DNA from: the human T2T-CHM13v2.0 reference genome, Homo sapiens
Assembly: GCF_009914755.1 (NCBI RefSeq)
Contig: NC_060935.1
DNA length: 64,000 nt
Reading direction: 5' to 3' (one strand)
Numbering within the stretch: position 1 is the stretch's first letter; the number at the start of each line of letters is the position of its first letter. Positions 1 through 12,970 of this stretch are shown piece after piece. The position numbers and the translations under genes were made by a program. The notes beneath the pieces are model-generated. The model had not been told where the DNA came from. It searched no databases and worked only from the letters and a program-made list of their open reading frames with translations.

Positions 1-1235
1 ATTAAATCTATTCACGCATTATTTATAGAGAAATTGAGATTTGCTGTACTGAAAAAATTGTATCAAATTTCTTAGGGATATTAATTTAATATCAACTAAT
101 ACATAAGAACATATTGTGCACACTCAGTTTCTTACTTCTAATGTTCCAGGTGAACCTGCAATAAGAGAGTTAACTGTGATGTGGTTATTCACTGATTAGT
201 CCAGCAAGTAATGGCATCATGCTATTATGACATGTTTTAGAATAGTGTCTTAACGAACGTTAATCATTTATTCTCTTGATTTTTATACTATCCACATACA
301 ATTTTACTATTTTTATAACATTTCCCTTTAAAATGAAACGTTTTTTAAAAACTTAATTTTTAGCAAAGATAAATTTCTGTCACTGCCTAAATTACAAACC
401 GAAACTATTTGTCAAAAAAGGAAAACATTCTTGAACATATATTGATTGAAATACCTATCCTTTGGCTTGTCATAAGTTCATTTCCACCCTGAAGGAGTAA
501 TATGATTCTAAAAAAGGCTCCTGTCTATGTGTCTGGTTATCCGTGGAGGCTTAAAAATTAAAATTTCATAGGCAGGTCACATGTGCCTTGAATTGTATAT
601 TTTTCCCTATTTCCTCCTCTGTGTTAACTAGAAAAACTAAACATGTCTCCTTGATGTGCATATGATTATGCTAGTACTTTCAGTTTGTGGTAGGGACTAT
701 ATTTAATTGATTGCCATTCTGCTCCTTACTAATGTAAGGAACTGGCAGTTACTACTCAAAAAATCTCATAGGTATTGAATTGGTTTTCAAATGATCATAT
801 GGTTGTCACTGCTAATGTTTTAACTATATTTCCTTGAACACCTGGATTAAGTAGTAAGTGCCTGTAGTCAAATTCTCACACATACTAGGTGAACAACTGC
901 CTCATAGTGTCTTCATTGCAGTTCTTGCATTTCTTAAATTTGCATCTTTCACATGGGCGTATTTTAAACTTTGTCATATCTTTTTTGAGGCTGCCTAATA
1001 CGGTCATATTTACTGACAGTATTTATGTATATTATTCTATAAAGTATACATACAATGACACATACATTGTGTCTTAACATTTGTCCCCTAGTTAGTTGTT
1101 CACCCTGAGAGCAGCAGTGTATTCATATGGTCATAATGAACCTGTCCAATGCAAAGAACAATTCAGGGTCACTTAAGGCTAATGAGACTGTTTACCTTTA
1201 CTTAAAGATAAAACAATTACCAGAACACTAACTCA

Positions 1236-1613
<378 letters not shown>

Positions 1614-2338
1614 CTAACACTGTTAACTCTTGACTGATGCTTAACTAAGCCAGGGTTAACAATTCCATTGCTAACCACCTTACAAGGTTTGTTGACCACA
1701 CCTAATCACTTTATGTGTCGACTTATGATTATGTATGTATATGAACATATCTTCCCTATACACTCAAACAGATACAGTAACAACAACTATGAATGAAAAA
1801 ATAAGAATGCCTGCAAATTTCAAAGGAAGACCGGGAAGATATTTTCTGCAGAGAATATCTTTACTAAGCATATGTCTTGTCTGTGGGTTTCTGGAAACCA
1901 ATGTATGAATAGATACTTCCCATACATGGCTATCTAATGTGTACTTATGTATTAATAGAGGCATCTATGTACTTTTGTAGACAGGCTTGTTTATGTTCAT
2001 ATTTCTCCATTTACAGGTGAGGATTAATCCATGCCTAAATGTTAAGAATCCTTTAGTACAGAGAAAAACCTCTGAGGATTTAGGAAAACATCCTAATAAT
2101 CCATTGCCAAATGGGAATTTTTTTTGTTTCTAGCTTATGAAAAATAATTTGTCAAAGCCAAATTTTTGCCTGGTACTTTCCAAAGAGCAACATTGTTTTT
2201 TTGAACTATCAAATGCAGCTAATTTTTATCTATATTGTGCAGATGCAAATGTACTCTCCTCCAAGATATAAATATTTCAGTTATTTTTCAGTGACTTTGA
2301 ATTTGGACAGCGATGATAAAACCTTCTGATTTCTGCAG

Positions 2339-2370
2339 TAACAGAGATTTGGATTAACAGAGATTTGGAT
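2339..2370. repeat. Perfect 16-bp tandem duplication (TAACAGAGATTTGGAT)x2
   Basis: Copies at 2339-2354 and 2355-2370. Confidence 0.95.
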
Positions 2371-2647
2371 TATTCCCATTCAACCATAATACGTATCTTT
2401 GAAATGTAAATAGGTGGATCTCAGGACTAATGTCTTGATTTCAGGGAGGAGAGAATTTTCTCTTGTTCATTTGTTTATTCAGTCAGTTGGTATCTACATA
2501 GGCTTCAAGTATCAAGAAGTCACTTGGCAATTGAAATCCGAATGAGCCTGTAAAAAGGGACTTCAGAAATATGTCTTAGATGCAATAATAATGTCTGTGG
2601 TATTTGACTTATCAATTCCAATTTGATGGCTATGTTCTACCTAAGTA

Positions 2648-2922
2648 CTCCAAGTTGGAGTGCAGTGCTGCGGCTCACTGCAACCTCCATCTCCCAGGTT
2701 CAAGCGATTCTTGTGACACAGCCTCCCAAGTAACTGGGATTACAGTGTGTACCATCACACCCAACTAATTTTTAATTTTTAATTTTTTTTTTTTTTGTAT
2801 TTTAAGTAGAGACAGGAATTCATCATATTGGCCAGGCTGGCTTCAAACTCTTGGCCTCAGGTGATCCGCCTGCCTTGGCCTCCCAAAGTGCTGGGATTAC
2901 AGGCATGAGCCACCGCACACAG
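2648..2922 (-). mobile_element. Alu (S/J-type), lacking its 3' end and poly(A)
   Basis: ggagtgcagtg...cggctcactgcaacctcc...cctcccaaagtgctgggattacaggcatgagccacc. Confidence 0.9.
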
Positions 2923-2934
2923 TGTCTTCCAACA

Positions 2935-3118
2935 GTAATTTTTAAAATGGCCAAAGATTAGCAGCATCAGCATCATTTGGAAACTTGTTAGAAATGCAAA
3001 TTCTTGGGGCTTCCCCAAGACTTACTAAATCAGAAACTCTGAGGGTAGGGCCCAGCCTCCTGTGTTTTAATAAGTCCTCCAGGTGTTTCATACATGTCCT
3101 GAAGTTTGAAAATCACTT
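2935..3118. mobile_element. MER5A-like hAT-Charlie DNA transposon fossil
   Basis: cagcatcagcatcatttggaaacttgttagaaatgcaaattctt...aatcagaaactctg...tttgaaaatcact. Confidence 0.8.
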
Positions 3119-4334
3119 TAAAACAATATATAGGAAGGGATTCAGTGTACCAACAACGCAATTCAAAATCATTTGCATGTCTGATCATGAAAGCATATTA
3201 GCAGTCAGGTGCTAAAAATGATCATTTTGAAGACTTCTATGTATTGTTGGAAGGAAATGCTTAAGACGTCATTGTAAGTGAAAAAAAGAGGCTTTTAAAT
3301 TATATTTACATATAAAATAGCTCTGTGTAGAAATGATTAGGATAAAGACAAAGAAAATGGGAATAATAGAAAATAGTTTTTATTTGTCAAGGACACAGAA
3401 TTATGAGTGTGTGATTTTTTTTCTGTTCTTCAAATTTCTGATGATCATTTTAAAAATATGAACTCTTTAAGGTAAACCAGCAAACAGATACAGTTAAAAA
3501 TTTGAGAATAAATTAAAAGCCCTCTGAAAGTTGTCAGGTTAATTAGCAGACTGCTCATTTGAATCGCCCTTTTGCTGAGCTTCCTATCTTCCGGAAAATG
3601 GTGGGGAGGTTTTTTGGAGTCATGGTATTATTTAGACTACAGAGAATTTTTGCATATTGTTGTGAACTTATAGCATATTTTTCGTTAGATGAAGCTGTCT
3701 TCCTTTACTATTTTCTCTCTCCATTTTGGAAATTGATATTGTTTAGGATTAGCACCTGGAAATATGCAAATGTTTATCTACTGTCTGGATAATATGCCTT
3801 GTCTTTCCTTATCTTTGCAGACCCTATCAGTGATCTACGTACTCAGTTTTTTTTCTACTAATCATTACAATTTTAACCATTTGGTGTTCCATTCCTTTAG
3901 GGCTCAGTTTTTAGTGAGAGGAAAATAACCTAATATGATAAACTTATCTGTGCTAATTTATGAAATGGATGCAGACAGCCCCAGTGAATAGAACATCTAT
4001 GTGATAAGGTCTTTACACTTAACTAAGCTGCTCTAATGTTCTGATAATAAAAATTTCTGACAAAGTAGCAGCCAGTGGGGTCACATGTTGTGAGGTAGAT
4101 AACATTTTGTGCTACTTGGTTTGCTCACTAATGTAATGAATACTTTTTTACTTAATTGCAATTTATCACTACCCTAATATTGTACCTTAGGGTTGTTCAA
4201 AGTGTGTTCCCAAGAATAATAGTTCCAGAAGATGTTCAAAAATATTATTTGTAAAGAAAAGTTAACATGGTTAAGAGTTGAAACAGGTTTCTTTAATTGC
4301 TCTTATTTACTGATAATTGCCTTTGTTAGCCTGT

Positions 4335-4530
4335 ATCAGAACACTTGATATATCTCATTATAACCTCCCAAACTCGTGTGGAAAATGTTGTTGCCATTTC
4401 CATTTTACAGATGGGGAAACTGAGACACTGAGGTTGAGTAACTTCTCAAAGTTCTAAGGTAATAAGCATTGGAAGTGGGCACTAAACCCTGGCAGCTTAA
4501 CTCCTAAATTTACACTTTTTACCACTAAGC
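4335..4530 (-). mobile_element. MIR
   Basis: MIR core ccattttacagatggggaaactgagacactgaggttgagtaactt. Confidence 0.8.
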
Positions 4531-6252
4531 AGTATTGATCACTTTACCTGGAATTTCTTGGATGATTCAATATACTAATGTGATCTGCAAGCTCCTAGAG
4601 GGAAATATATTGTTCAGCATTTTCCAAATGTATTTAACCATAGAAATAGTCTCCCTCCCACCTTTTTATCCCCCAGAGCATCTTCCTGTGCTAGGAGGTC
4701 ATAGAAACATAGTTTGAGAAAGACATTGTCAATTGAAGCAAATGGAATAATTTGTAACGTAGAATTTATATTGAAAGTTGTCCACATCTTGCCACAATTA
4801 AATCTCATATATTTTTAAGGTATTAAGGAATATTTAATTTGTTTTCATTTTTACCTTCAAATTCCATTTGGAAATGATTTTCAAGGACATGACTGGAAAA
4901 CCTTTAAAGAAAAGACAGCTACAATTTAATAAGGATCGTTTGTTCCAGGCATTTTACCAGCTGCTTTATGTTTATATTTATATCACAGGATTCTTTCTAA
5001 ACCATACAACTTGGAAATTGTTTTTATCTTTTTATTACAGGTGAAAAAATAAAGTCTTAGAGAAGTTCTTAAGTAAGTAGTAAAATAAGTAAAAGTCAAA
5101 GCCGTGACTTGCCAAACCTATAACACATTCCACTCCAAGCTGCCACCTGTGCATGTCCATTAAATGCAAATATCTTATTCAAAAGGCTATTCCTCTATAA
5201 ATAATCCATACCTTTTATAATATATTTCATGCTCAACCACAGTAAAGTATTTTTACACAATTTTTACTTTAAAAGTATTCAGAATACAAAGGGCATTCAA
5301 TTGCATAATCAATAGTGCCTAATATAAAGATATATATTTGCCTGACTATATTATGACAGGATAAAAAGTATGATAATATTTTTGTTACTGTATGATGGAC
5401 ACTGTATAAAATTCTTTATGTGGTCTATCTCCTTAATAGGCAAAATTAACTAGAATTCTATAATAAGACATATTGCTATCTGTCCTGATATCTTTTCAAT
5501 AGAAATCAGAAGATAATTCTCCCATATTGCCAGTATAGTCTTGTTGAGTCTTCTCTTGCTAATTGTAGTTATTTTTTAAGTAGACTGGTATTACGTCAAG
5601 ACATTTTCATAGCAGAACTTCACAGTTGGATAAAATAATATGAAATTCCATACTGATGCTCCAGTGGCTTAAGGGTATTTTTCTAGTTTAAGAAATATGA
5701 GTACTTGAGGGGCCTAAAGAAAAGACAATGAATAATTTAATTGGAAGTCAGCAAAGGGATTTGAAATGTTATGGCGTTACTTCCTTTGTACTACTTTTAA
5801 ATTAAATCATCACAGATCAATAGAAAGGTCACACACATTGTTATTGACTCTGTGTAATTTCTTCCTTAGCATAAAAATTCTTCAGGATTATGCCTGTGTG
5901 GTAAAAATCAACTCTCTGAAACAAACCAAGCAAGAGAGGCACCAAAACTCTGTTGCTATAGCAACTGAACTTGGCAATGTCTTCTGGGACTTGCTCTAAG
6001 GAAAGGTCCATGATAGTGGGTGATATTACGTTCTTTTTTGCTCTTATGGCACATACTGATTTACTGTGAGTAAAAAGTAGCATGGTTCAAATTTCATATT
6101 TTTCCTAGTGATGAAAAATGGGCTGTTGTGTGAAAATGTAAAGGAGTTTTAAACAACTAGCAAAGAAGTTAAAACCTCCATTTATCCTTAGTGGAAATGC
6201 TGCAGAAGCAGCCATTACTCAGCAGCTGAAAGTCAACAATTCATTTAAAAAA

Positions 6253-6254
<2 letters not shown>

Positions 6255-6296
<42 letters not shown>
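6255..6296. repeat. (CA)n microsatellite, 18 perfect units at 6261-6296
   Basis: Direct reading. Confidence 0.97.
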
Positions 6297-6300
<4 letters not shown>

Positions 6301-6914
6301 TCTAATTTAGCAATGTATGAGAATAGTGGATGCCATTTTAAAATTATATTAATGCCTAGATTTGTTTCTAGGGGGAAAATATGGCCGTGTTTGCTTCTGA
6401 TGTATATAAAATCTCAGACATTTATAGTGCTCTAAGCCATAGTAAGAGAAATATGAGTGCTATCAATACATGAATATTTCCAAACTCAGTTCTCCCAACT
6501 GCCTCAAAACTAAACACTAATTCAGGAAATGCAAGCAATAACATTTAAAATGTGTTCAAATGCTTTTAGCTTTTAATTCTTTTATGTTTTTGCTTCACTA
6601 AAGACACTCTCATTTGTTTTGTCATCCATTGATGTAATTTACACTTTGGTAAAACATATCTCAAAGGACTTTGCAGATATTGATAAATACTCTTAACCTA
6701 TAGTCTCTAAGATAGGCATATGTTTTAGATAAATGCAATATAAGTAATAACTAACCATTGCTGTAAATAATTCAGCTAATGTGTTTTTTTCTGAGAGTTA
6801 TCCTTTTTTTAAGATTTTTTAAAAAAATTTTAAAAATTCAAAGCAAACTGTCAAGAATTGCACCCTGAAACTACATCCATTTGACACCACTTTTTTTAAA
6901 AAAGCAAGAAAGAC

Positions 6915-7220
6915 GGCCGGGCACGGCGGATCATGCCTGTAATCCCAGCACTTTGGGAGGCCGAGGCGGGCGGATCACGAGGTCAGGAGATCGAGACCAT
7001 CCTGGCTAACATGGTGAAACCCCGTCTCTACTAAAAATACAAAAAATTAGCCGAGCGTTGTGGCAGGCGACTGTAGTCCCCGCTACTCCGGAGGCTGAGT
7101 CAGGAGAATGGCGTGAGCCCGGGAGACGGAGCTTGCAGTGAGTGGGGAGATCTCGCCGCTGCACTCCAGCCTGGATGACAGAGCAAGACTCCGTCTCAAA
7201 AAAAAAAAAAAAAAAAGAAC
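6915..7220 (+). mobile_element. AluY
   Basis: Y diagnostics gagatcgagaccatcctggctaac and ggagaatggcgtg; imperfect TSD aaaaaagca(a)gaaagac at 6898-6914 and 7221-7236. Confidence 0.95.
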
Positions 7221-7263
7221 AAAAAAGCAGAAAGACAATGAAATTTGGTATTTATTACAATAA

Positions 7264-7310
7264 TTAAAAGTAAAGACAAAATCCGCAAATACTTTTGCAC
7301 CAACCGAATA
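7264..7310. mobile_element. Half MADE1 (Hsmar1 MITE), right terminal inverted repeat
   Basis: caaaatccgcaaatacttttgcaccaaccgaata matches the MADE1 end caaaaaccgcaattacttttgcaccaacctaa+TA. Confidence 0.8.
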
Positions 7311-7780
7311 ATACATCTGGGCAGTTTTCTATATTCTAATTTAAGTTAGAGAGCTCATTTCTTCTTCCACTGACATTAAATGTGAAAAACAATAAATAAA
7401 TAGAAGCTCAAAACCAAAAATTATTCTTCATTAAAAACTTACCACTATTGGCCATTTAGCAATGAGTAGATTTTTCAATAGTGTCTACCTTCACTTGACC
7501 TAATAAGCATTCTTACTCATCTCCAACTCAGTTAGCAAGGTTTACCATGGCTTTAAATTGTGCAATACACATGCTACCTTACTTCAGTTTGAATAATTTT
7601 CTTTTGCCATTATGCTGTATCTAGAATCAATGTACAATTGCTTTTTCATTGGCCACAAATCATATTAAGGAAGCATTGAAAAGTCAAATGACGTCATTGA
7701 AAAACTGCACAGCTTCTATAATCTGCATTCCCGATTTCTGCATTGCTATGACCTTCCTGCCATTAAGATAAATTTGTTCC

Positions 7781-7920
7781 ATATATGTGTATTTTATATC
7801 TAGTGATGTTGTGTGTGTGTATATATGTATGTATATATAGTGTATGTGTATATTATACAGATAGACACACACCTCCATACACATACAAAAAATATATACA
7901 GAAATATATGTGTGTATAGT
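7781..7920. repeat. Degenerate (TG)/(TA)/(CA) low-complexity tract
   Basis: Direct reading. Confidence 0.8.
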
Positions 7921-8087
7921 GAAAAGCAACAATATAGTAGAGAGTTGAACCGGTCCACTGATTTGACATTTTAACTGATTTTAACAGGGATCTCAGGTTG
8001 ATTTTTCTACAACTGAAATTGAAATCCCAAGTCAAAAATTTTGTGGAAAAATACACCTTTTTATCCTATATTTCTATATACATATAC

Positions 8088-8812
<725 letters not shown>

Positions 8813-8819
8813 TATACTA

Positions 8820-9055
8820 TTTAATACTCACCAAATGCTTTCTGTGTATCTGTTGTCTAAGTGCTTTCCTCGGATTCTTTTTTTTTTTTTCAACCCTCAC
8901 AACTCTTTGAGGTAGGCACTGTTGTTATCCTCATAGTAACAATAAGGAAATTAAGTGTTAGAGAGCAAATTGCTTGTCAGAGATTACACAGTAAGTGTCA
9001 AAGCCTTTATTTGAATTTAATGTATCTGATTTCAGAGCCCACGGTTTTAATTATA
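8820..9055 (-). mobile_element. MIR
   Basis: cctcacaactctttgaggtaggcactgttgttatcctcat...aaggaaattaag...tctgatttcagagccc. Confidence 0.7.
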
Positions 9056-12000
9056 TGCTATTCATTCCATTTCAGACCATATAGACATTTGGCATGTCAT
9101 TTTGTAAGTATTACTGTTCAACTTTTAAAATCCATTAGTAATTTACCTATACTCAATGCATAGCTCCTAGTTTGCTTATTCCTTTGCCTATGTGCTTTGG
9201 CAAAACAAGGAATTTAACAGCCAATTCCTATTCTAGAGTCAAAAAACAAAAAAGCACCCAGGAAACAGAATCTTACAAAACAGCCTCAATAACAACAACA
9301 ACATAAACTAGAAAACCCAACAAAAATAGTTCAGTATAGTTATTTATTTTCTTTTCTTTGCTTGAAAAGTCTTCCAGAAACAAAAATTTATTCTAGGAAT
9401 GAAGAAACTAAGGAACATTTACAATTTACTACAATTATAAACTTATATTTATGGCCTTTGGTCAGTTAAGATTAAATCCTCTTAATTTCAATAGGTATGG
9501 AAGGATTTTCTGAGCATGCTATGGTATGGCAGAGAGATGAATTTGCATTTTGTATCATTTTTTACTTTTATTAAAGGGTCTAAACTAAACATATGACCAA
9601 GTGCAAACTGAAAACGTTGGCATAGCAACTAATGCTTTGAAAGCAAGTTTCCTAAAATTGTCAAGTAATTTTTACATAACATTTTTTCTTAACTGTTTTT
9701 GTCTTGTTTCTTGATAGCAGTACGGATATCTTTCTTTTATATTGTTTGTAAAGTACTTTCATTTTATACATTATCTCATTTTAGCTTAATTATTACTGTA
9801 TGACAAAAATGAGTGTGATTGTTAATTTATAAAACTTATCGATGAAGAAACTGCAGCTAATAGAAATTTAGTAATTTTCCTAAAGTAATCCTGTTAGTGA
9901 TTGATCCAGGTTAAATTATATTATGAAAATTTATATCTAAATTTTATATGATTTAAACTTCACACAGCAAAATTTCCTTTTGAAGTTTTTTTTTAAAAAA
10001 CTTTGTATAAATGAAAATAGTTCTTCACTGTGTTTTTGATTTTGGCATTGTTTTCCTTAAATTACAAAGCAAACAATACATAGTAATGTCTACTCGCAAT
10101 GTTTGTAAGATTTTTCTTTTAACTTTCTGTAGACATCCTGACAAGGATATTTCTTTGTTTATATGTTCTATACTGATATGTGAATGATTTTTTTTGCAAA
10201 GGGGAAAGAAATGAAATAATTATGCATAATGTGTTGTGTTCTTGAATAACTGATGAGTCTTCTAGCTGCCAAAGAAAAAAACCTGTGAAATAACTGTCAT
10301 ATAAATTGTCTATAGTTCTCCCATGGGTTCAAGTTGCATAAATAGGATGTAGCTGGATTCAGTAAGAAATATGCTTTGCAAGTGTGGCCATTTTGAGTTT
10401 GTATTGAACATAGTCAAGCATGGTGGAAATGCTGCTGTTACAAGATTCACTATGATAAATTAGGATTCATTTATTTAGTGCTATCTTTTTCATAAACTTA
10501 GTGAGTTAAGTTTCTACATGACTGGTCATTTTAGAGCTTGTCTTGCATTTCCCTTTAATACTTGACATTTTGAATTTCACCACCTCAGTAAAAACGCATA
10601 ATCTTGGTCCTGGACCCAGCAGGCACCTCCTTCATCTAAACGGCCAGTCCTTCCATTGCAAGAGGTTTACTGATTCACATCAACTTTTAGTTCACTGAAA
10701 TGGTGTATTAACATTTTCATTTGAAGGCTGGGTGTACAGTGTTTCATGATATAGTCTGCCATCTTGTTAGAAGCAGAATAAGATCTTAAGGAGCTCTTTA
10801 TGTAGGTTTTGGGAGGAACAGTGTGTGAAAATTTGGGTTTACATGTTGTCCTAGGAATATATCATTCAATTTTCTTTATAAAGAAATTCCAGATGTTACT
10901 AAAACAACAACAACAAAGCAAAATGACAACAAAAGCCCTGGCAAGGTATTTAATGGCATTTTGTCTATTTCTTTAAACAAACACCAGCAATAAGAAATCA
11001 CTACATCAAGGTGTTATTCATCTCCCAATTGTAGCTTTCTTTTACATCACTATCTCTTTTACACACCAGCTTTTCATGCCAACTTCTAATCTCCCAGCAC
11101 TACACTCACAGCTTGCCCTTCAAACACTCTTGCCAATTATGGAAAACTGCCTTCTCTCTAGGCCAGAGTACTTGATGATCTAGTTTATGTTATAGGCAAG
11201 TTTTATGGGACCACAAACTCCGTGGGAACAAATTATTTGAGACATCACCTTGTAATGGGCTTTCTGACCTTTTGTTGTTGTTGCTAAACCAAACTATCCA
11301 ATGTTTTATTATTTCCTTTTCTCAGAAACTCATACCTTGGTTCACAGTCTCTAACTTTCACTCCCAACATAGTTCATTTGTCATATTTTTCCTAAAGTCT
11401 GGCTTCATAGACTATGGGGGAATGCAGAGAAAATGAATAGTCTTTCTAAGATCTCATTTAAAGGCAGATAAAAGGCAGGCCTGATTTCAAATTTGTCTTC
11501 TAGCTTTTGTATTAGGCATAAGGTCTCTAAGAATTTCATTCCAGAACCATGACATGCAGACAAAGTAACACATTAATTTGTCATCATCTACCAATGATAA
11601 CATTCATGCTAATGTTACTCAGTCCTGGACTCTATTTTGATAATCATGCTAAGATCTTAAGGAACTCCTTATGTTCCTAATGAGGTCCAGGGTTAATAGA
11701 AAAAGTATGGAAACTCATATGGCAGACAGTTTTATTCACATCACATTGCCTGTCCACCTGGTAGGACTTAACCTAAGGTGGTCTTTAGCGTTGCCCAAGG
11801 AGGCACTTTGAACCACAGGATATGTGTCACAAAACTCCCCTCCCAGGGTGATATTTACAAAACACCTTATACCTCCTACTATTCCTCTAACAACCTATAG
11901 CCAACATGACAGGCAGGTAGGGGCATGCATTCCAAGGAGCAGAGCAAGGAATAACATGTCCAACCTTGAAGAATTTATTTATCTCCTGTATTTCCCCAAC

Positions 12001-12529
12001 ATCTTGTAACAAAAATAAATCCACCAATAAGTACTGAAAGAATTCCAGGTGAACCTGAATGTTAATTGACATCTTGGCACCAGTGACATGAACAGGCTTT
12101 TCCCTCATGTACAGCACTCATAGATCTGATAGATAACATGTATACATATATCAACTAGAGGAAAAGTGAAGATGAAATATTCTAAAGATAAAAGAGAAAG
12201 TAGCCTTAAATAAATTTTAAAAATTACAGCTATAATACTATCTAATCATGGGAGGGGAAACAGTTTTCCCAAAGATGACTTGACTTTGTCATCCTGATGC
12301 TTAGTCAGAGAATCTGAAACATATCCTTTGATTCCTATTGAAAGCCTTTCAACAAATTACCTTTCAGATAAACTGTCTCCTTGTGAGTTTGGAATCTCTA
12401 ATTTTGAGTTAACCTCTCTAATTGTGAGCTTAAGATGCTACATAAATTACATTTTTTAATTACAACCAAAGAAAGTGGTAGAGTAGAAAAGAGTGTCTCC
12501 TGTGTCATGTAACTTTCTGAGGGTAAATA

Positions 12530-12581
12530 TTAGGTTGGTGCAAAAGTAATTGCGGTTTTTGCCATGGAAACGAATGGTAGG
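12530..12581. mobile_element. Truncated MADE1 (left TIR + spacer) with intact Hsmar1/SETMAR binding core
   Basis: TA+ttaggttggtgcaaaagtaattgcggtttttgccat; core GGTGCAAAAGTAATTGCGG at 12537-12555. Confidence 0.9.
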
Positions 12582-12970
12582 CATGGAATATTATGCAGCC
12601 AGATAAAAGGAATGTGGTCATATCCTTTGCAGGGACATGGATGAAACTGGAAGCCATCATCCTCAGCAAACTAACACAGGAACAGAAAACCAAACACCGC
12701 ATGTTCTCACTCATAAGTAGGAGTTGAACAATGAAAACATATGGACAAGGGCAGGGGAACAACACACACTGGGGCCTGTGGGAGTAGGGGAGGTGAGGTG
12801 AGGAAGAGCATCAGAACAGATAGCTAATGCATGCAGGGTTTAAAACCTAGGTGACAGCTTGATAGGTGCAGCAAAATACCATGGCACACGTATACCTATG
12901 TAACAAACCTGCACTTTCTGCACAGCTACCCTGGAACTTACATAAAGTTTAAATAAACAAATAAATAAAT
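12582..12970 (+). mobile_element. 5'-truncated L1PA (mid-age subfamily) 3' end
   Basis: ORF2 end and 3'UTR motifs (gcagggacatggatgaaactggaagccatcatcctcagcaaact; gtaacaaacctgcac); A-rich tail; TSD AATGGTAGG at 12573-12581 and 12974-12982. Confidence 0.92.
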
